From NCBI GenBank assembly GCA_015522845.1, contig WALL01000009.1:1-55213 (forward strand): 55,213 nt of DNA. Direction: 5' to 3'. Under the pieces are notes generated by a model. It ran no database searches. It worked only from the letters and a program-made list of their open reading frames with translations, and was not told the DNA's origin. How positions within the stretch are numbered: position 1 is the first letter of the stretch; each line of letters begins with the position of its first letter. Both the position numbers and the translations under genes were made by a program. Positions 8,418 through 17,529 of this stretch are shown piece by piece. The DNA comes from Nanobdellati archaeon (GTDB lineage Archaea > B1Sed10-29 > WALL01).

Positions 8418-9137
8418 ATGGTGAAGATAACTAGGGTGCCCACAGGCATTGATGGCTTAGACAGGCTTTTGCATGGGGGGTTTCCGCTGGGAAGCACAAC
8501 ACTTTTAGTTGGTGCCGCAGGCACAGGGAAGTCGACCTTCTGCAAGCAGTTTGCGTGGGAGGGCATAAGGGAAGGGGAATTAGCCATAGTGCTGCTCTCC
8601 GGCGAGCCCGTGTCCTCATTTATAGGCACAATGCAGGGGATGGGCTGGGCTATTGAAGGGCATAAGCAGGGCATACAGTTTGTCGACCTCTATTCATGGA
8701 GGGCACAGGCATCATTTAAAGACTCCAACCCGGGATACAATATCGCAAGCCCATCTGACTTGAACGACCTAAACAAGGAATTTAAGGGCCTGCTGGAGAA
8801 GGCAGATGGGAGGAGGGTAAGGGTTATTGTTGACTCTATCTCAGATGCCCTCTTATACAACTCACCACAGTCAGTCTTCAAGTTTATGCAGCTCTTTGTT
8901 GCGCAGGTAAGGCACAAGGGCGCAACAGCGCTGGCAGTCCTGGAGGGCGGGCTCCATCCTGAAGACCAAAGCAACACGCTGGAGTACATTACCGACAATT
9001 TAATTGAGATGAAGCTTGGTGGCGGCAAAAGGCAAATGCGCATACGGAAGATGGCATCAACACAGCACCCCCTAAATTGGATAAGCTACACAATTGGCAA
9101 GGGGATAGAGATGAAAGTGTCGCCAATTTTCGGGTAA
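8418..9137 (+). CDS. KaiC/RecA-superfamily single-domain ATPase (paralog 3, HPLxW subtype)
   Basis: MVKITRVPTGIDGLDRLLHGGFPLGSTTLLVGAAGTGKSTFCKQF, VIVDSIS, and a C-terminal QHPLNWISYTIGKGIEMKV. tttttatataag lies about 20-30 nt upstream, suggesting a leaderless transcript. Confidence 0.8.
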   Translation: MVKITRVPTGIDGLDRLLHGGFPLGSTTLLVGAAGTGKSTFCKQFAWEGIREGELAIVLLSGEPVSSFIGTMQGMGWAIEGHKQGIQFVDLYSWRAQASFKDSNPGYNIASPSDLNDLNKEFKGLLEKADGRRVRVIVDSISDALLYNSPQSVFKFMQLFVAQVRHKGATALAVLEGGLHPEDQSNTLEYITDNLIEMKLGGGKRQMRIRKMASTQHPLNWISYTIGKGIEMKVSPIFG

Positions 9138-9176
9138 TTATTTATACCTTACTGGAGTTATCTGCTTGGTGGTTGT

Positions 9177-9857
9177 ATGATAGAGCGAGTTCCAACCGAC
9201 ATAGAAGGCCTTGACGAGATGCTTGGCGGCGGCTTCCTTAAGAAGAGGCATGTCCTTGTTACAGGCGGGCCAGGCACAGGCAAGACCACATTTGGGATGG
9301 AGTTCCTTTACCGCGGCGCGCTGCGCGGGGAAAAGGGGCTCATGGTGATGCTTGAGGAAAAGCCAGAGAAGCTCGTCGAAAACCTCCAGCAGGGCATGGA
9401 CTGGGACCTGGAGGAACAGCTAAAAAACGACAACATAATCCTTGTTTCCATTGACAGCTTTAGCTGGGAGCGCCTTAGTGACACGCTGCAGTCGTACATT
9501 ACCCGCCACAACGTGAAGCGCGTTGTGGTGGACACGCTTACGCTGCTAAAGATGAACACAAAGGACCCGTTTGAGTTCAGGAGGCAGATAATCGGGCTGC
9601 TTGGGTTTTTAGAGAACTTGGACTGTACGGTGCTCTTTACCTCGGAGGCACCTTACCCAACACGTGAGGGTGCAAGGTATTCCATCGAAGAGTTTATCGT
9701 AGATGGCGTCATTGCGCTTTACAACATCCCAATCAAGAACGAGCGCAGGCGGGCGCTGGAGATCCTAAAGATGCGGGGGGTTGACCACTCCAATGCAATG
9801 TACCCATTTAAGATTACCAAGTCGGGCATCGTCATCTACCCGGAGGAGATAATCTAA
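9177..9857 (+). CDS. KaiC/RecA-superfamily single-domain ATPase (paralog 4, KMRG subtype)
   Basis: MIERVPTDIEGLDEMLGGGF...VTGGPGTGKTTF, VVVDTLT and LEILKMRGVDHS. Confidence 0.85.
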   Translation: MIERVPTDIEGLDEMLGGGFLKKRHVLVTGGPGTGKTTFGMEFLYRGALRGEKGLMVMLEEKPEKLVENLQQGMDWDLEEQLKNDNIILVSIDSFSWERLSDTLQSYITRHNVKRVVVDTLTLLKMNTKDPFEFRRQIIGLLGFLENLDCTVLFTSEAPYPTREGARYSIEEFIVDGVIALYNIPIKNERRRALEILKMRGVDHSNAMYPFKITKSGIVIYPEEII

Positions 9858-10642
9858 TGGACACAGCCTGCTACCAGTACAGCCTTGGGGCTTCCCTTGA
9901 CATGAAGAAGCTGGCAAAAGTTAAGGGGCTCAAGAGGGTGTCAAAGCTAGATGTCATGGAAGCGCACTTTGGCGACCTAGTCATACAGCTATTTAAAAGC
10001 GGCGAAATGAGGGCCTTTGTGCCGGGGCAGGGGATTGATAGGCTGCAGCCTGCCCTCCTGTCTGTTGGGGTAAAGCTAATTGAGCTGCTTGCAGCAATAA
10101 AGGGCCTTGGCTACAAGATAGACGAGCAGAAGGTGCTATCCTCCGGCCACCCGATGCCCTTTGAGTATTTGGCACCGGAGGGCGTCAGGCCAAGCTTTAA
10201 GGGAGTGAGCATCAACGTGCTGCGCGAGCTTGCATATGCCCCTTACGACCTTGCCCAGGAGTTCCAGCTTGAGAGGAACGAGGTCCAGGCAGGGGAAAAT
10301 GCAGGCAGGCGGCTTGTTGAGAAGGCAAGCCCAAAGGATGTGAAAGAAGTTAATAAGGTGCTGGCAGGCTATATGAAAGGCAACGGCATAGGGGTGCCAT
10401 CCTTCTCCGAGGAGAAGGGCGAGCGCACCACCTATCCCGTGCAGGTGCTTGAGCTCCAAGAGAGCGCATTTGCGGCAGGGATGCCTGTGATAAACAAGCC
10501 ATACTGCCACTTCGTGCGGGGGCTGCTTCGCGGCGCCTATGTGGCATTTTACGAGCTAGAGAACATAGAGGTAAAGGAAACAAAGTGCTGGGGCCTTGGC
10601 GACAGCATCTGCACCTTTAAGGCAAGGATTTACCCCAAATGA
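9857..10642 (+). CDS. V4R (4-vinyl reductase) domain protein
   Basis: The C-terminus CHFVRGLLRGAYVAFYELENIEVKETKCWGLGDSICTFKARIYP is a textbook V4R signature with three Cys. The start overlaps the upstream stop (TAATG). Confidence 0.7.
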   Translation: MDTACYQYSLGASLDMKKLAKVKGLKRVSKLDVMEAHFGDLVIQLFKSGEMRAFVPGQGIDRLQPALLSVGVKLIELLAAIKGLGYKIDEQKVLSSGHPMPFEYLAPEGVRPSFKGVSINVLRELAYAPYDLAQEFQLERNEVQAGENAGRRLVEKASPKDVKEVNKVLAGYMKGNGIGVPSFSEEKGERTTYPVQVLELQESAFAAGMPVINKPYCHFVRGLLRGAYVAFYELENIEVKETKCWGLGDSICTFKARIYPK

Positions 10643-10672
10643 ATATAAACTGCCAAGTGCCATTGTTAAGCC

Positions 10673-11320
10673 ATGGAAGCGCTGGCACTGCTTGACTTGG
10701 CAGCGTTCATGGCAACCCTTGCCCTTTCAATTTACCTATTCCTGCGAAGGCCAGAGAGCAGCACAAGGGAGGTTTTTTCAATTTTCCTTTTTGTGGCTGC
10801 GCTTTCCACACTAATGATGTTTTATGCCTTCTATTCTACAGGCATGCTGCGTATAATCTTCCTTAAGGCAGAGTTTGCCTTGGCATTGTTTGCCATCTTT
10901 GTGCTGTTGCATTTTGCGTTCCTGCTGGCAGACCAGCGGTTTTACCTAGCGTATTATATATTCCCCCTGTCTATGGTTGTTATTGCGCTCTTTACTGACT
11001 TGTTTGTCTCTGCTGCCAATATGGCACCAGGCGGGTTTGGGGGCAGGCTTATTGCGCTGGCAGAGCTGTATATGGCCACGGTGGCTGCATCTGCCTTTTA
11101 TGTCCTGTTTAAGGTCTATTCAAAGGTAAGGGCAAAGCCGGCCAGGGAAAAGCTAAGGTGGGTTTTGCTTGGGATTGGCATCCTTTTAGCTGGTGTAGTG
11201 GGCAGCGTAGCTTGTAGGGCGCTTAGGCTTAGCTTTTTAAGCCCATACCTATACTCAATGCTGCTTATGTCCATCTTTGTTGCATACCCATTTGCCAGGA
11301 GGCGGAGAGATGGACGCTAA
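10673..11320 (+). CDS. Polytopic membrane protein (putative sensor module)
   Basis: Six to seven hydrophobic helices and no recognisable soluble domain. Its 3' end overlaps the next KaiC-like gene by 11 nt. Confidence 0.55.
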   Translation: MEALALLDLAAFMATLALSIYLFLRRPESSTREVFSIFLFVAALSTLMMFYAFYSTGMLRIIFLKAEFALALFAIFVLLHFAFLLADQRFYLAYYIFPLSMVVIALFTDLFVSAANMAPGGFGGRLIALAELYMATVAASAFYVLFKVYSKVRAKPAREKLRWVLLGIGILLAGVVGSVACRALRLSFLSPYLYSMLLMSIFVAYPFARRRRDGR

Positions 11321-12026
11321 GACTGCTACAGGCGTGCCAGGCCTTGACTCGATGCTTGGCGGGGGATTCCCAAGAAACTCAACAATACTCCTTGAGGCGC
11401 CCCCAGGGACGGGCAAGTCGACGTTTTGCAAGCAGTTTGTTAGGGAAGCCGTGAAGGTAGGAGAGCCATGCATTTATGTCGCCACATCTGAGCCTGTTGG
11501 CCAGGTTGTAACACGCCTTAAGGGGATGGGAGTGGCTAATTTCTCGCAGGTTTCCTTTATTGACGGGTACTCTTGGAGGATTCCGGAAGCAGCCGCCGAG
11601 CCAGCTGAAAACATAAAGGCGCTTAAGTCGCTAACGGAGCTGAACGAGCTCACGCGCATGATTAAAAAGGAGATGAAGCGCTTGCCTTTTGGAAAGGCTG
11701 GTGGCAGGATAATAATTGACTCGCTCTCAGATATGCTGCTTTATGCTGACCCAGCAAGCGTATTTAGGTTCTTGCAGCTCTTTGTTGGCATAGTAAAAAG
11801 CTCACACTCCACTGCAATGGTGGTCCTTGAGCAGGGCCTCCATGAGCCAAGGCATGTTGCAACGATTAGCTACATCTGTGATGGGACAATACACCTCAAG
11901 CTTGATGGCGACAAGCGAAGCATCTATGTGGAAAGGATGTTTAATACCGTGCATCCGCTCAAGTGGATACCATTCACGCTTGGCGAGCATGGTGTTGAGA
12001 TAAAGGTGGAGGACTTCTTTAAGTAA
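11310..12026 (+). CDS. KaiC/RecA-superfamily single-domain ATPase (paralog 5, HPLxW subtype)
   Basis: MDAKTATGVPGLDSMLGGGFPRNSTILLEAPPGTGKSTFCKQF, IIIDSLS and VHPLKWIPFTLGEHGVEIKV. GGAGG lies upstream of the ATG at 11310. Confidence 0.8.
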   Translation: MDAKTATGVPGLDSMLGGGFPRNSTILLEAPPGTGKSTFCKQFVREAVKVGEPCIYVATSEPVGQVVTRLKGMGVANFSQVSFIDGYSWRIPEAAAEPAENIKALKSLTELNELTRMIKKEMKRLPFGKAGGRIIIDSLSDMLLYADPASVFRFLQLFVGIVKSSHSTAMVVLEQGLHEPRHVATISYICDGTIHLKLDGDKRSIYVERMFNTVHPLKWIPFTLGEHGVEIKVEDFFK

Positions 12027-12877
12027 TGGACTTTGAGAGGATAGTCAATGCTGCCGCTGAGGCGATTTTTGTCTTAGACCGGTCCGGCAACTTTTCTTTT
12101 ATAAATAAGCATGCCATTCGCCAGAGCGGCTACAGCAAAAAGGACATAATTGGGAAGAATGCGCTGCGCTTAATCCCAAAAAGCCATTGGAAGAGGGCAA
12201 TGGAAACATTCAGCCAGATACTTTTAGGCAGGGTGGTAAAGTCGGTGGAGTATCCCGTCCGCTACAAGTCTGGCAAGGTTGTAATAATGGAATTCACTGG
12301 CAAGCCGCTTAGCGAGAACGGCAAGATTGTTGGGGCGATAGGGACTGCGCGTGACATAACAAAAAGGAAGGAATTAGAGGAGGGGCGGGAACAGGCCAGG
12401 CGGATGCTGCGCTTTATCATAGACAGCCTGCCAATGCGTGTCTTTTGGAAAGGCAGGAGCTTGCGCTATCTTGGCTGCAACCGGGCATTTGCGGAGGACG
12501 CTGGCTATCATTCCCCCAGCGAGATAATTGGGAAGACAGACTTTGAAATGGCATGGAAAAAGCAGGCAAGGCAGTATAGGAGAGACGACCGCTATGTAAT
12601 ACGCACAGGAAGGGAAAAGCTAAACTACGAGGAGCCGCAGGCATCGGCTGGCGGGAAGCTCCGCTGGTTGAGGACAAGCAAGCGGCCGCTAAGGGGCGCA
12701 AGCGGCAAGGTGATTGGTGTCCTTGGGGTTTACGAGGATATAACCAAGCAAAAGGGCATTAACAGCAGCTTAAAGGAGAAGATTGCAGAGCTAGAGCGCT
12801 TCCAGAGGTTTTCAGTTGGACGGGAGCTGCGCATGGTTGAGCTGAAGAAAAAGCTAAGGGAGTGCAAAAAGAGATGA
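12026..12877 (+). CDS. Tandem PAS-domain sensor protein with a C-terminal coiled coil (no output domain)
   Basis: PAS 1: AAEAIFVLDRSGNFSFINKHAIRQSGYSKKDIIGKN. PAS 2: IIDSLPMRVFWKGRSLRYLGCNRAFAEDAGYHSPSEIIGKTDFE. The start overlaps the upstream stop. Confidence 0.75.
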   Translation: MDFERIVNAAAEAIFVLDRSGNFSFINKHAIRQSGYSKKDIIGKNALRLIPKSHWKRAMETFSQILLGRVVKSVEYPVRYKSGKVVIMEFTGKPLSENGKIVGAIGTARDITKRKELEEGREQARRMLRFIIDSLPMRVFWKGRSLRYLGCNRAFAEDAGYHSPSEIIGKTDFEMAWKKQARQYRRDDRYVIRTGREKLNYEEPQASAGGKLRWLRTSKRPLRGASGKVIGVLGVYEDITKQKGINSSLKEKIAELERFQRFSVGRELRMVELKKKLRECKKR

Positions 12878-13815
12878 TTCCCATCCCCTTTTCTGGGGCT
12901 GCCCCCCTTGCACTGCTGCTGATAATAATCCTGCTCCTAACGGCAATGGCCATTCTTGTATGGGTGTACCAAGAGGATAGGCATGATGCGCGCAAGAAGG
13001 AGGCACGCATAAAGAGGGCGATGGCTGAGCTAAGGAGAAAGGAGAAAGAGGCACAGGAAAGCAAGGCTGAGCTTGAGAAGACAAAGCTTGCACTAATGAA
13101 CATGGTTGAGGACCTGAGCGGGTCCTACGAAAAGCTAAAGGAGCTTGACAGGCTAAAATCGGATTTTGTCACCAATGTGTCACATGAGCTTCGCACGCCA
13201 ATAACCACCATTACGCTGTCATTTGACCTGCTGCGGAAGGAAAAGGACAAGGCAAAGCGCAATGAGCTTTTAAGGATGATGCAGCGCAACGTTGGCAGGC
13301 TTAGCCGGACAGTAAATACCATCTTGGACTTCTCTGCAATGGAGGCTGGTGCAGTAAGGGTTTCTAAAGAGAAAGTTGAGCTGCGCAGCCTTATTAGGGA
13401 AGTTTCCCAAGAGGAAATGCCAAAGGCAAGGGTAAAAGGCATAGCACTAACGGTGAAGGCCCCAGCAGGGATATGGGTTTATGCTGACCGTGAGCTTGCC
13501 CACAGGGCACTGCTGAACATAGTTGATAATGCAATTAAGTTTACTGATAAGGGATGTGTAAGAATATATGCAAAGAAGCAAAAGGATTATATCATTGTAA
13601 GTGTTAAGGATAGTGGCAGGGGAATCCGCAAGTCTGACCTGCCAAAGATATTTGGAAAGTTCGCCAAGCTTGAAGAGCATGTTCCAGGCTCAGGAATTGG
13701 GCTTTGGGTCAGCAAGAAGATAATTGAACAGCATGGCGGCAAGATCGAAGCTAAAAGCAAGCGGGGGGCTGGCACTGAGATTACAGTCACCTTCCCAATG
13801 GCGGCAAAAAAATGA
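12874..13815 (+). CDS. Membrane-anchored histidine kinase (HisKA + HATPase_c)
   Basis: N-terminal TM helix, H-box SHELRTPITTI, N-box NAIKFT, and G-boxes DSGRGI and GSGIGL. The ATG at 12874 overlaps the PAS gene stop (ATGA). Confidence 0.85.
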   Translation: MIPIPFSGAAPLALLLIIILLLTAMAILVWVYQEDRHDARKKEARIKRAMAELRRKEKEAQESKAELEKTKLALMNMVEDLSGSYEKLKELDRLKSDFVTNVSHELRTPITTITLSFDLLRKEKDKAKRNELLRMMQRNVGRLSRTVNTILDFSAMEAGAVRVSKEKVELRSLIREVSQEEMPKARVKGIALTVKAPAGIWVYADRELAHRALLNIVDNAIKFTDKGCVRIYAKKQKDYIIVSVKDSGRGIRKSDLPKIFGKFAKLEEHVPGSGIGLWVSKKIIEQHGGKIEAKSKRGAGTEITVTFPMAAKK

Positions 13816-14168
13816 AAAAAATCCTTGTGGTTGAGGACGAGCCGGATGAGGCAAAGTCCATGCAGATGGTCCTTGAAGGGGAGGGGTATTCTGTTGCCAT
13901 AGCGCCAGATGGCAAGGAAGCAATTGACAGCATGCAAGGCGCTGACCTAATTGTGCTTGATATAATCTTGCCGCGGCTGCATGGGGATGCAGTCCTCCGG
14001 GAAATGAAGAAGAGGGGGATAAAGAAGCCAGTTGTAGTTGTTACTGCTGTCTCTAGGGAAGTAGGCGTTGAAAAAGACCTAAGGCAGATAAAAAGGGACA
14101 TAGTTTTCTTACAAAAGCCCTTTTCCTCAAGTGAGCTTGTGGCTGCAGTCTCCTCAAAAATCAGATAA
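13812..14168 (+). CDS. CheY-like single-domain response regulator (receiver only)
   Basis: MKKILVVEDEPDE..., phospho-acceptor context LIVLDIILP, and a conserved K in LQKPF. ATGA overlap with the kinase gene. Confidence 0.85.
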   Translation: MKKILVVEDEPDEAKSMQMVLEGEGYSVAIAPDGKEAIDSMQGADLIVLDIILPRLHGDAVLREMKKRGIKKPVVVVTAVSREVGVEKDLRQIKRDIVFLQKPFSSSELVAAVSSKIR

Positions 14169-14208
14169 CCTTTTAATTAATGATGCTGTAGCAAGGGCTG
14201 GTGAGCTT

Positions 14209-14958
14209 ATGGAACGGGTGCCAACTGGTATTGATGGGTTGGATGATATGATTGAAGGGGGCTTCCCCCGCGGAAGGACGGTCCTGCTAAGCGGCGGTTG
14301 CGGCACAGGAAAGTCCATCTTTGGCCTGCAGTTCCTTTATAAGGGAGCAGTTGACTATGATGAGCCCGGCGTTTATGTAACCGTTGATGAGCGCCCAGAG
14401 CTAACGCGGCAGGATATGCTCCGGTTTGGGTGGGACATAGCCTCACTTGAGGAGCAGGGAAAGCTTGTCATGCTGGACCTTACTGGCTCCAAGATTGGTG
14501 TCCAGACAGGGGAAAAATATGCGCTGAACTCCGCTCTGGACATAGACCGCCTTGTGCTAAAGATAATGCAGACTGCAGGCGAGATTGGGGCACGGCGGCT
14601 GGTCATTGACTCGCTCCCAGCGTTAGGCTTCCACCTAAAGGGGGAAGCAGAAGTCCGCAACATGATACTGAAGCTTACATATATGATTAGAAAGAGCGAC
14701 TTAACAGCAGTCTTGATCTCAGAAGTCCCAGAGCAGACGCCAGGAAGCGGCCCAATGATGTTTTCAAAATATGGCGTTGAGGAGTACGTGGCAGACAGTG
14801 TCATACTGCTGCACTACCTTGGCATGGGCACAGACACAAACCGCACGCTTTATGTCCGCAAGATGCGCGGGACAAAGCACATTGAAGACATAATCCCCAT
14901 GCATATAACCGAGGCAGGGATAAAGCTAGTTAACCCGGACGAGGCCTTTAGCGTATAG
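14209..14958 (+). CDS. KaiC/RecA-superfamily single-domain ATPase (paralog 6, KMRG subtype)
   Basis: MERVPTGIDGLDDMIEGGFPRGRTVLLSGGCGTGKSIF, LVIDSLP and LYVRKMRGTKH. Confidence 0.85.
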   Translation: MERVPTGIDGLDDMIEGGFPRGRTVLLSGGCGTGKSIFGLQFLYKGAVDYDEPGVYVTVDERPELTRQDMLRFGWDIASLEEQGKLVMLDLTGSKIGVQTGEKYALNSALDIDRLVLKIMQTAGEIGARRLVIDSLPALGFHLKGEAEVRNMILKLTYMIRKSDLTAVLISEVPEQTPGSGPMMFSKYGVEEYVADSVILLHYLGMGTDTNRTLYVRKMRGTKHIEDIIPMHITEAGIKLVNPDEAFSV

Positions 14959-14979
14959 CTGCCGCCCCCTTCCAACAAT

Positions 14980-15058
14980 CCTTTTTCTGTTGCGGGGGCA
15001 TTCGCTTGCCTGCCGTTTTCCTGGATGCTTTCCCCACAGCTTTCGCAGAAAAGGGTTC
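14980..15058. repeat. Inverted-repeat element of the core-1 family between convergent genes (candidate bidirectional terminator)
   Basis: cctttttctgttgcggggg...ccccacagctttcgcagaaaagggtt. The right arm is the reverse complement of the core (cccttttctgc.aaagctgtgggg). The termini CCTTTTTCTG and CAGAAAAGGG give a T-run on each strand. Confidence 0.55.
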
Positions 15059-15082
15059 CTTGCTAGGAAAAGGCCGCTACAC

Positions 15083-15394
15083 TTAATGCAGGACAAGGGC
15101 TAAGGCAACAGTTATAAGGACAATAAGCAGCAGCGCTAGGAATATTGTCAATATTTTAGCGGGGAGCGCCTCGGCCTTCTTTGAAATCTTCGCCTTTGGG
15201 TATCCGCCAGCAGGGCCTTCATTAGGAAGCTGCCGCATGGCTGCTGATGCGGTTTTTTGCTGCTCATAGTCTGCTATCTCCCTGACAACCTCGTCTTCCG
15301 TATACCCCTCCCCCTCAAAGTATTCTACCACTTTAAGCTGGGAAACCCCCTCATCAATCATCTTCCAAAGGAGGCGCTGGTGATTATACTTCAT
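15083..15394 (-). CDS. Small tail-anchored membrane protein, hypothetical
   Basis: From the ATG at 15394: MKYNHQRLLWKMIDEGVSQLKVVEYFEGEGYTEDEV..., with a C-terminal TM segment ILTIFLALLLIVLITVALALVL. The longer track ORF (to 15748) runs antisense into serS. Confidence 0.5.
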   Translation of the reverse strand: MKYNHQRLLWKMIDEGVSQLKVVEYFEGEGYTEDEVVREIADYEQQKTASAAMRQLPNEGPAGGYPKAKISKKAEALPAKILTIFLALLLIVLITVALALVLH

Positions 15395-15443
15395 CACAAA
15401 CAAAGAAGGAAGGTTTAAATTTAAAGATATCGCTAAAGCAGGT

Positions 15444-16709
15444 GTGTTGGACATAGCGCTGTTTAGGGATAACCCTGAGCTAATTAAAAAAGGGCTGGAA
15501 AGGCGAAAAGCCGACCCCCAGATTGTGGATAAGGTAATCCAGCTTGACAAGGAGTGGCGCGACGCACTTAAGGTGGCTGAAGAGCTAAAGCACCGCAGGA
15601 ATGTTGCCACAAGGGAAGTTGCTGAGCTTAAAAAGGGGGGCAAGGACGCTAGTGGGAAGATTGCTGAGCTAAAAGGGGTCTCTGACAGCATTGCGCAACA
15701 AGACCGCCTGATCTCAAAGAAGAAAAGCGCAAGGGACGCGCTGCTCATGCGCGTGCCAAACCTGCTCCATGAAAGTGTCCCCTACGGAGAAAGCGGGGAA
15801 GACAATGTTGAGGTTCGCAAATGGGGCAGCCCAAAGGCAAGGGAAATCCCCCCTCACGGCGAGATCCTTGAGCAGATGGGGCTTGCCGACTTCAAAGGTG
15901 CTGCGAAAATAGCGGGTGCAGGGTTTTATTTCTTAAAGGGTGATATTGCATTGCTGGACTATGCACTGCAGCGGCTTGCAATTGACTCGCTTGTTGAGAA
16001 AGGGTTTACGCTTATAGAGCCGCCGTTCATGATGAACAGGAAGGCTTATGAGGGCGTAACAGACCTTGCAGACTTTGAAAATGTGATGTACAAGATCGAA
16101 AACGAAGACCGTTACATGATTGCAACCTCCGAGCACCCACTCGTTGCGATGAAAATGGGGGGGGTTATTCCTGAGGAAGAGCTACCAATAAAGATGGTAG
16201 GCATAAGCACAAACTTCCGGAAGGAGATCGGTGCCCACGGCGTTGACACAAGGGGGATATTCCGCGTCCACCAGTTCAACAAAATTGAACAGATTGTGAT
16301 ATGCCGGCCAGAGAAGTCATGGGACTGGTTCGAAAGGCTGATAGGGAATGCAGAGGACATATTCCAAAGGCTGGAGCTGCCATACCGTGTAGTGAACATA
16401 TGCACAGGCGACATAGGGACGGTTGCCGCGAAGAAGTACGACCTTGAAGTGTGGTCACCAAGGCAGGGCAGGTATACTGAGGCAGTAAGCTGCTCCAATG
16501 TAACGGACTACCAGGCAAGGCGGCTGAACATAAAATATGGGAAGCGCGGCGGGGAAAAGGCGCTGGTGCACACGCTTAACTCGACGGCAATCGCTACATC
16601 CCGTGCAATTGTCGCACTTGTTGAGAACGGCTATGAAGAAGGTGTGGTGCGGCTGCCAAAGGCACTTTGGCCATATATGGGCGGGAAGAAAGAGATTAGC
16701 GGGAAATGA
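15444..16709 (+). CDS. serS: Seryl-tRNA synthetase
   Basis: N-terminal coiled-coil arm MLDIALFRDNPELIKKGLERRKAD and class II motifs (FRKEIGAHGVDTRGIFRVHQFNKIEQ, GRYTEAVSCSN, LNSTAIATSR). GTG start. Confidence 0.95.
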   Translation: MLDIALFRDNPELIKKGLERRKADPQIVDKVIQLDKEWRDALKVAEELKHRRNVATREVAELKKGGKDASGKIAELKGVSDSIAQQDRLISKKKSARDALLMRVPNLLHESVPYGESGEDNVEVRKWGSPKAREIPPHGEILEQMGLADFKGAAKIAGAGFYFLKGDIALLDYALQRLAIDSLVEKGFTLIEPPFMMNRKAYEGVTDLADFENVMYKIENEDRYMIATSEHPLVAMKMGGVIPEEELPIKMVGISTNFRKEIGAHGVDTRGIFRVHQFNKIEQIVICRPEKSWDWFERLIGNAEDIFQRLELPYRVVNICTGDIGTVAAKKYDLEVWSPRQGRYTEAVSCSNVTDYQARRLNIKYGKRGGEKALVHTLNSTAIATSRAIVALVENGYEEGVVRLPKALWPYMGGKKEISGK

Positions 16710-17400
16710 TCTCGACTCCCCTCTCCCCCTTTATCTTGAACTCAAACCACTGCAGGGGGTGTGGGGCATTTATCACCCTATCAAACTTAACAAAACGCTT
16801 GCCCCCTTCAATCTTAAATAATATTGTGTTGTCAGTTGCATAAATAAGCGTGTTCATCTCCTTTTCACTGTGGAGGCCCTTTTCCACAACAACGATTGAT
16901 GTTGCCTTAAGCGACCGCACAAAAGCAGTGAATAGCTGGAGGAACATGAACACCGACTTTGGCTCGGAATACAGCAGGAAGTCTGAAATAGAATCAATTA
17001 CAATCCTGCCGCCTTTGCCACGCCAGTTGGCTGCCTTTTTGATTATCCTAAGCAACTCATTTAGGTTGCTTAAAGAGGGAAGCATCTTAACATCTTCTGT
17101 TTCAGCGGGAGGGGAATCTGTCCTCCATGAATAGCAGTCAATGAAAATTAACTGGCCTTTGTAGCTTGCTGGATCATGCCCTTCCCGCCTCATTGTCTCT
17201 TTGACCTGGTCAATTGGCGCACAACTTACAATATAGATGCCAAATTCCCCCTGCCCTAGCCCCTCGTACAAAAACTGCCTCGCAAATGTGCTCTTGCCAG
17301 TTCCTGGAGATCCAACTACCAGCGAAGTGGATGGGGATGGGAATCCCCCGCTAATTATCTTATTCATTCCCTTAACTCCAAATGGCTTTTGACTGTCCAT
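16696..17400 (-). CDS. KaiC/RecA-superfamily single-domain ATPase (paralog 7, HPLxW subtype)
   Basis: GVKGMNKIISGGFPSPSTSLVVGSPGTGKSTFARQF, IVIDSIS and PHPLQWFEFKIKGERGVEI. Convergent with serS, overlapping it by 14 nt. Confidence 0.8.
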   Translation of the reverse strand: MDSQKPFGVKGMNKIISGGFPSPSTSLVVGSPGTGKSTFARQFLYEGLGQGEFGIYIVSCAPIDQVKETMRREGHDPASYKGQLIFIDCYSWRTDSPPAETEDVKMLPSLSNLNELLRIIKKAANWRGKGGRIVIDSISDFLLYSEPKSVFMFLQLFTAFVRSLKATSIVVVEKGLHSEKEMNTLIYATDNTILFKIEGGKRFVKFDRVINAPHPLQWFEFKIKGERGVEIISR

Positions 17401-17529
17401 TGCCTTATATATTTATGGAAGGTGCTAATTATATCTGCCTACTAAATGTTTATACATAAAGGCAAAATCCATTATAAAAGGTATGCCCTAAAGGGATATA
17501 TACCTGGATGCAAATAGTTGGGTGGGAAC

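Noticed and set aside
15395-15748. N-terminal 118 codons of the 221-aa minus-strand track ORF
   Set aside because: This part is Ser/Leu-rich and runs antisense into serS. A sensible ATG at 15394 gives a compact tail-anchored protein instead.
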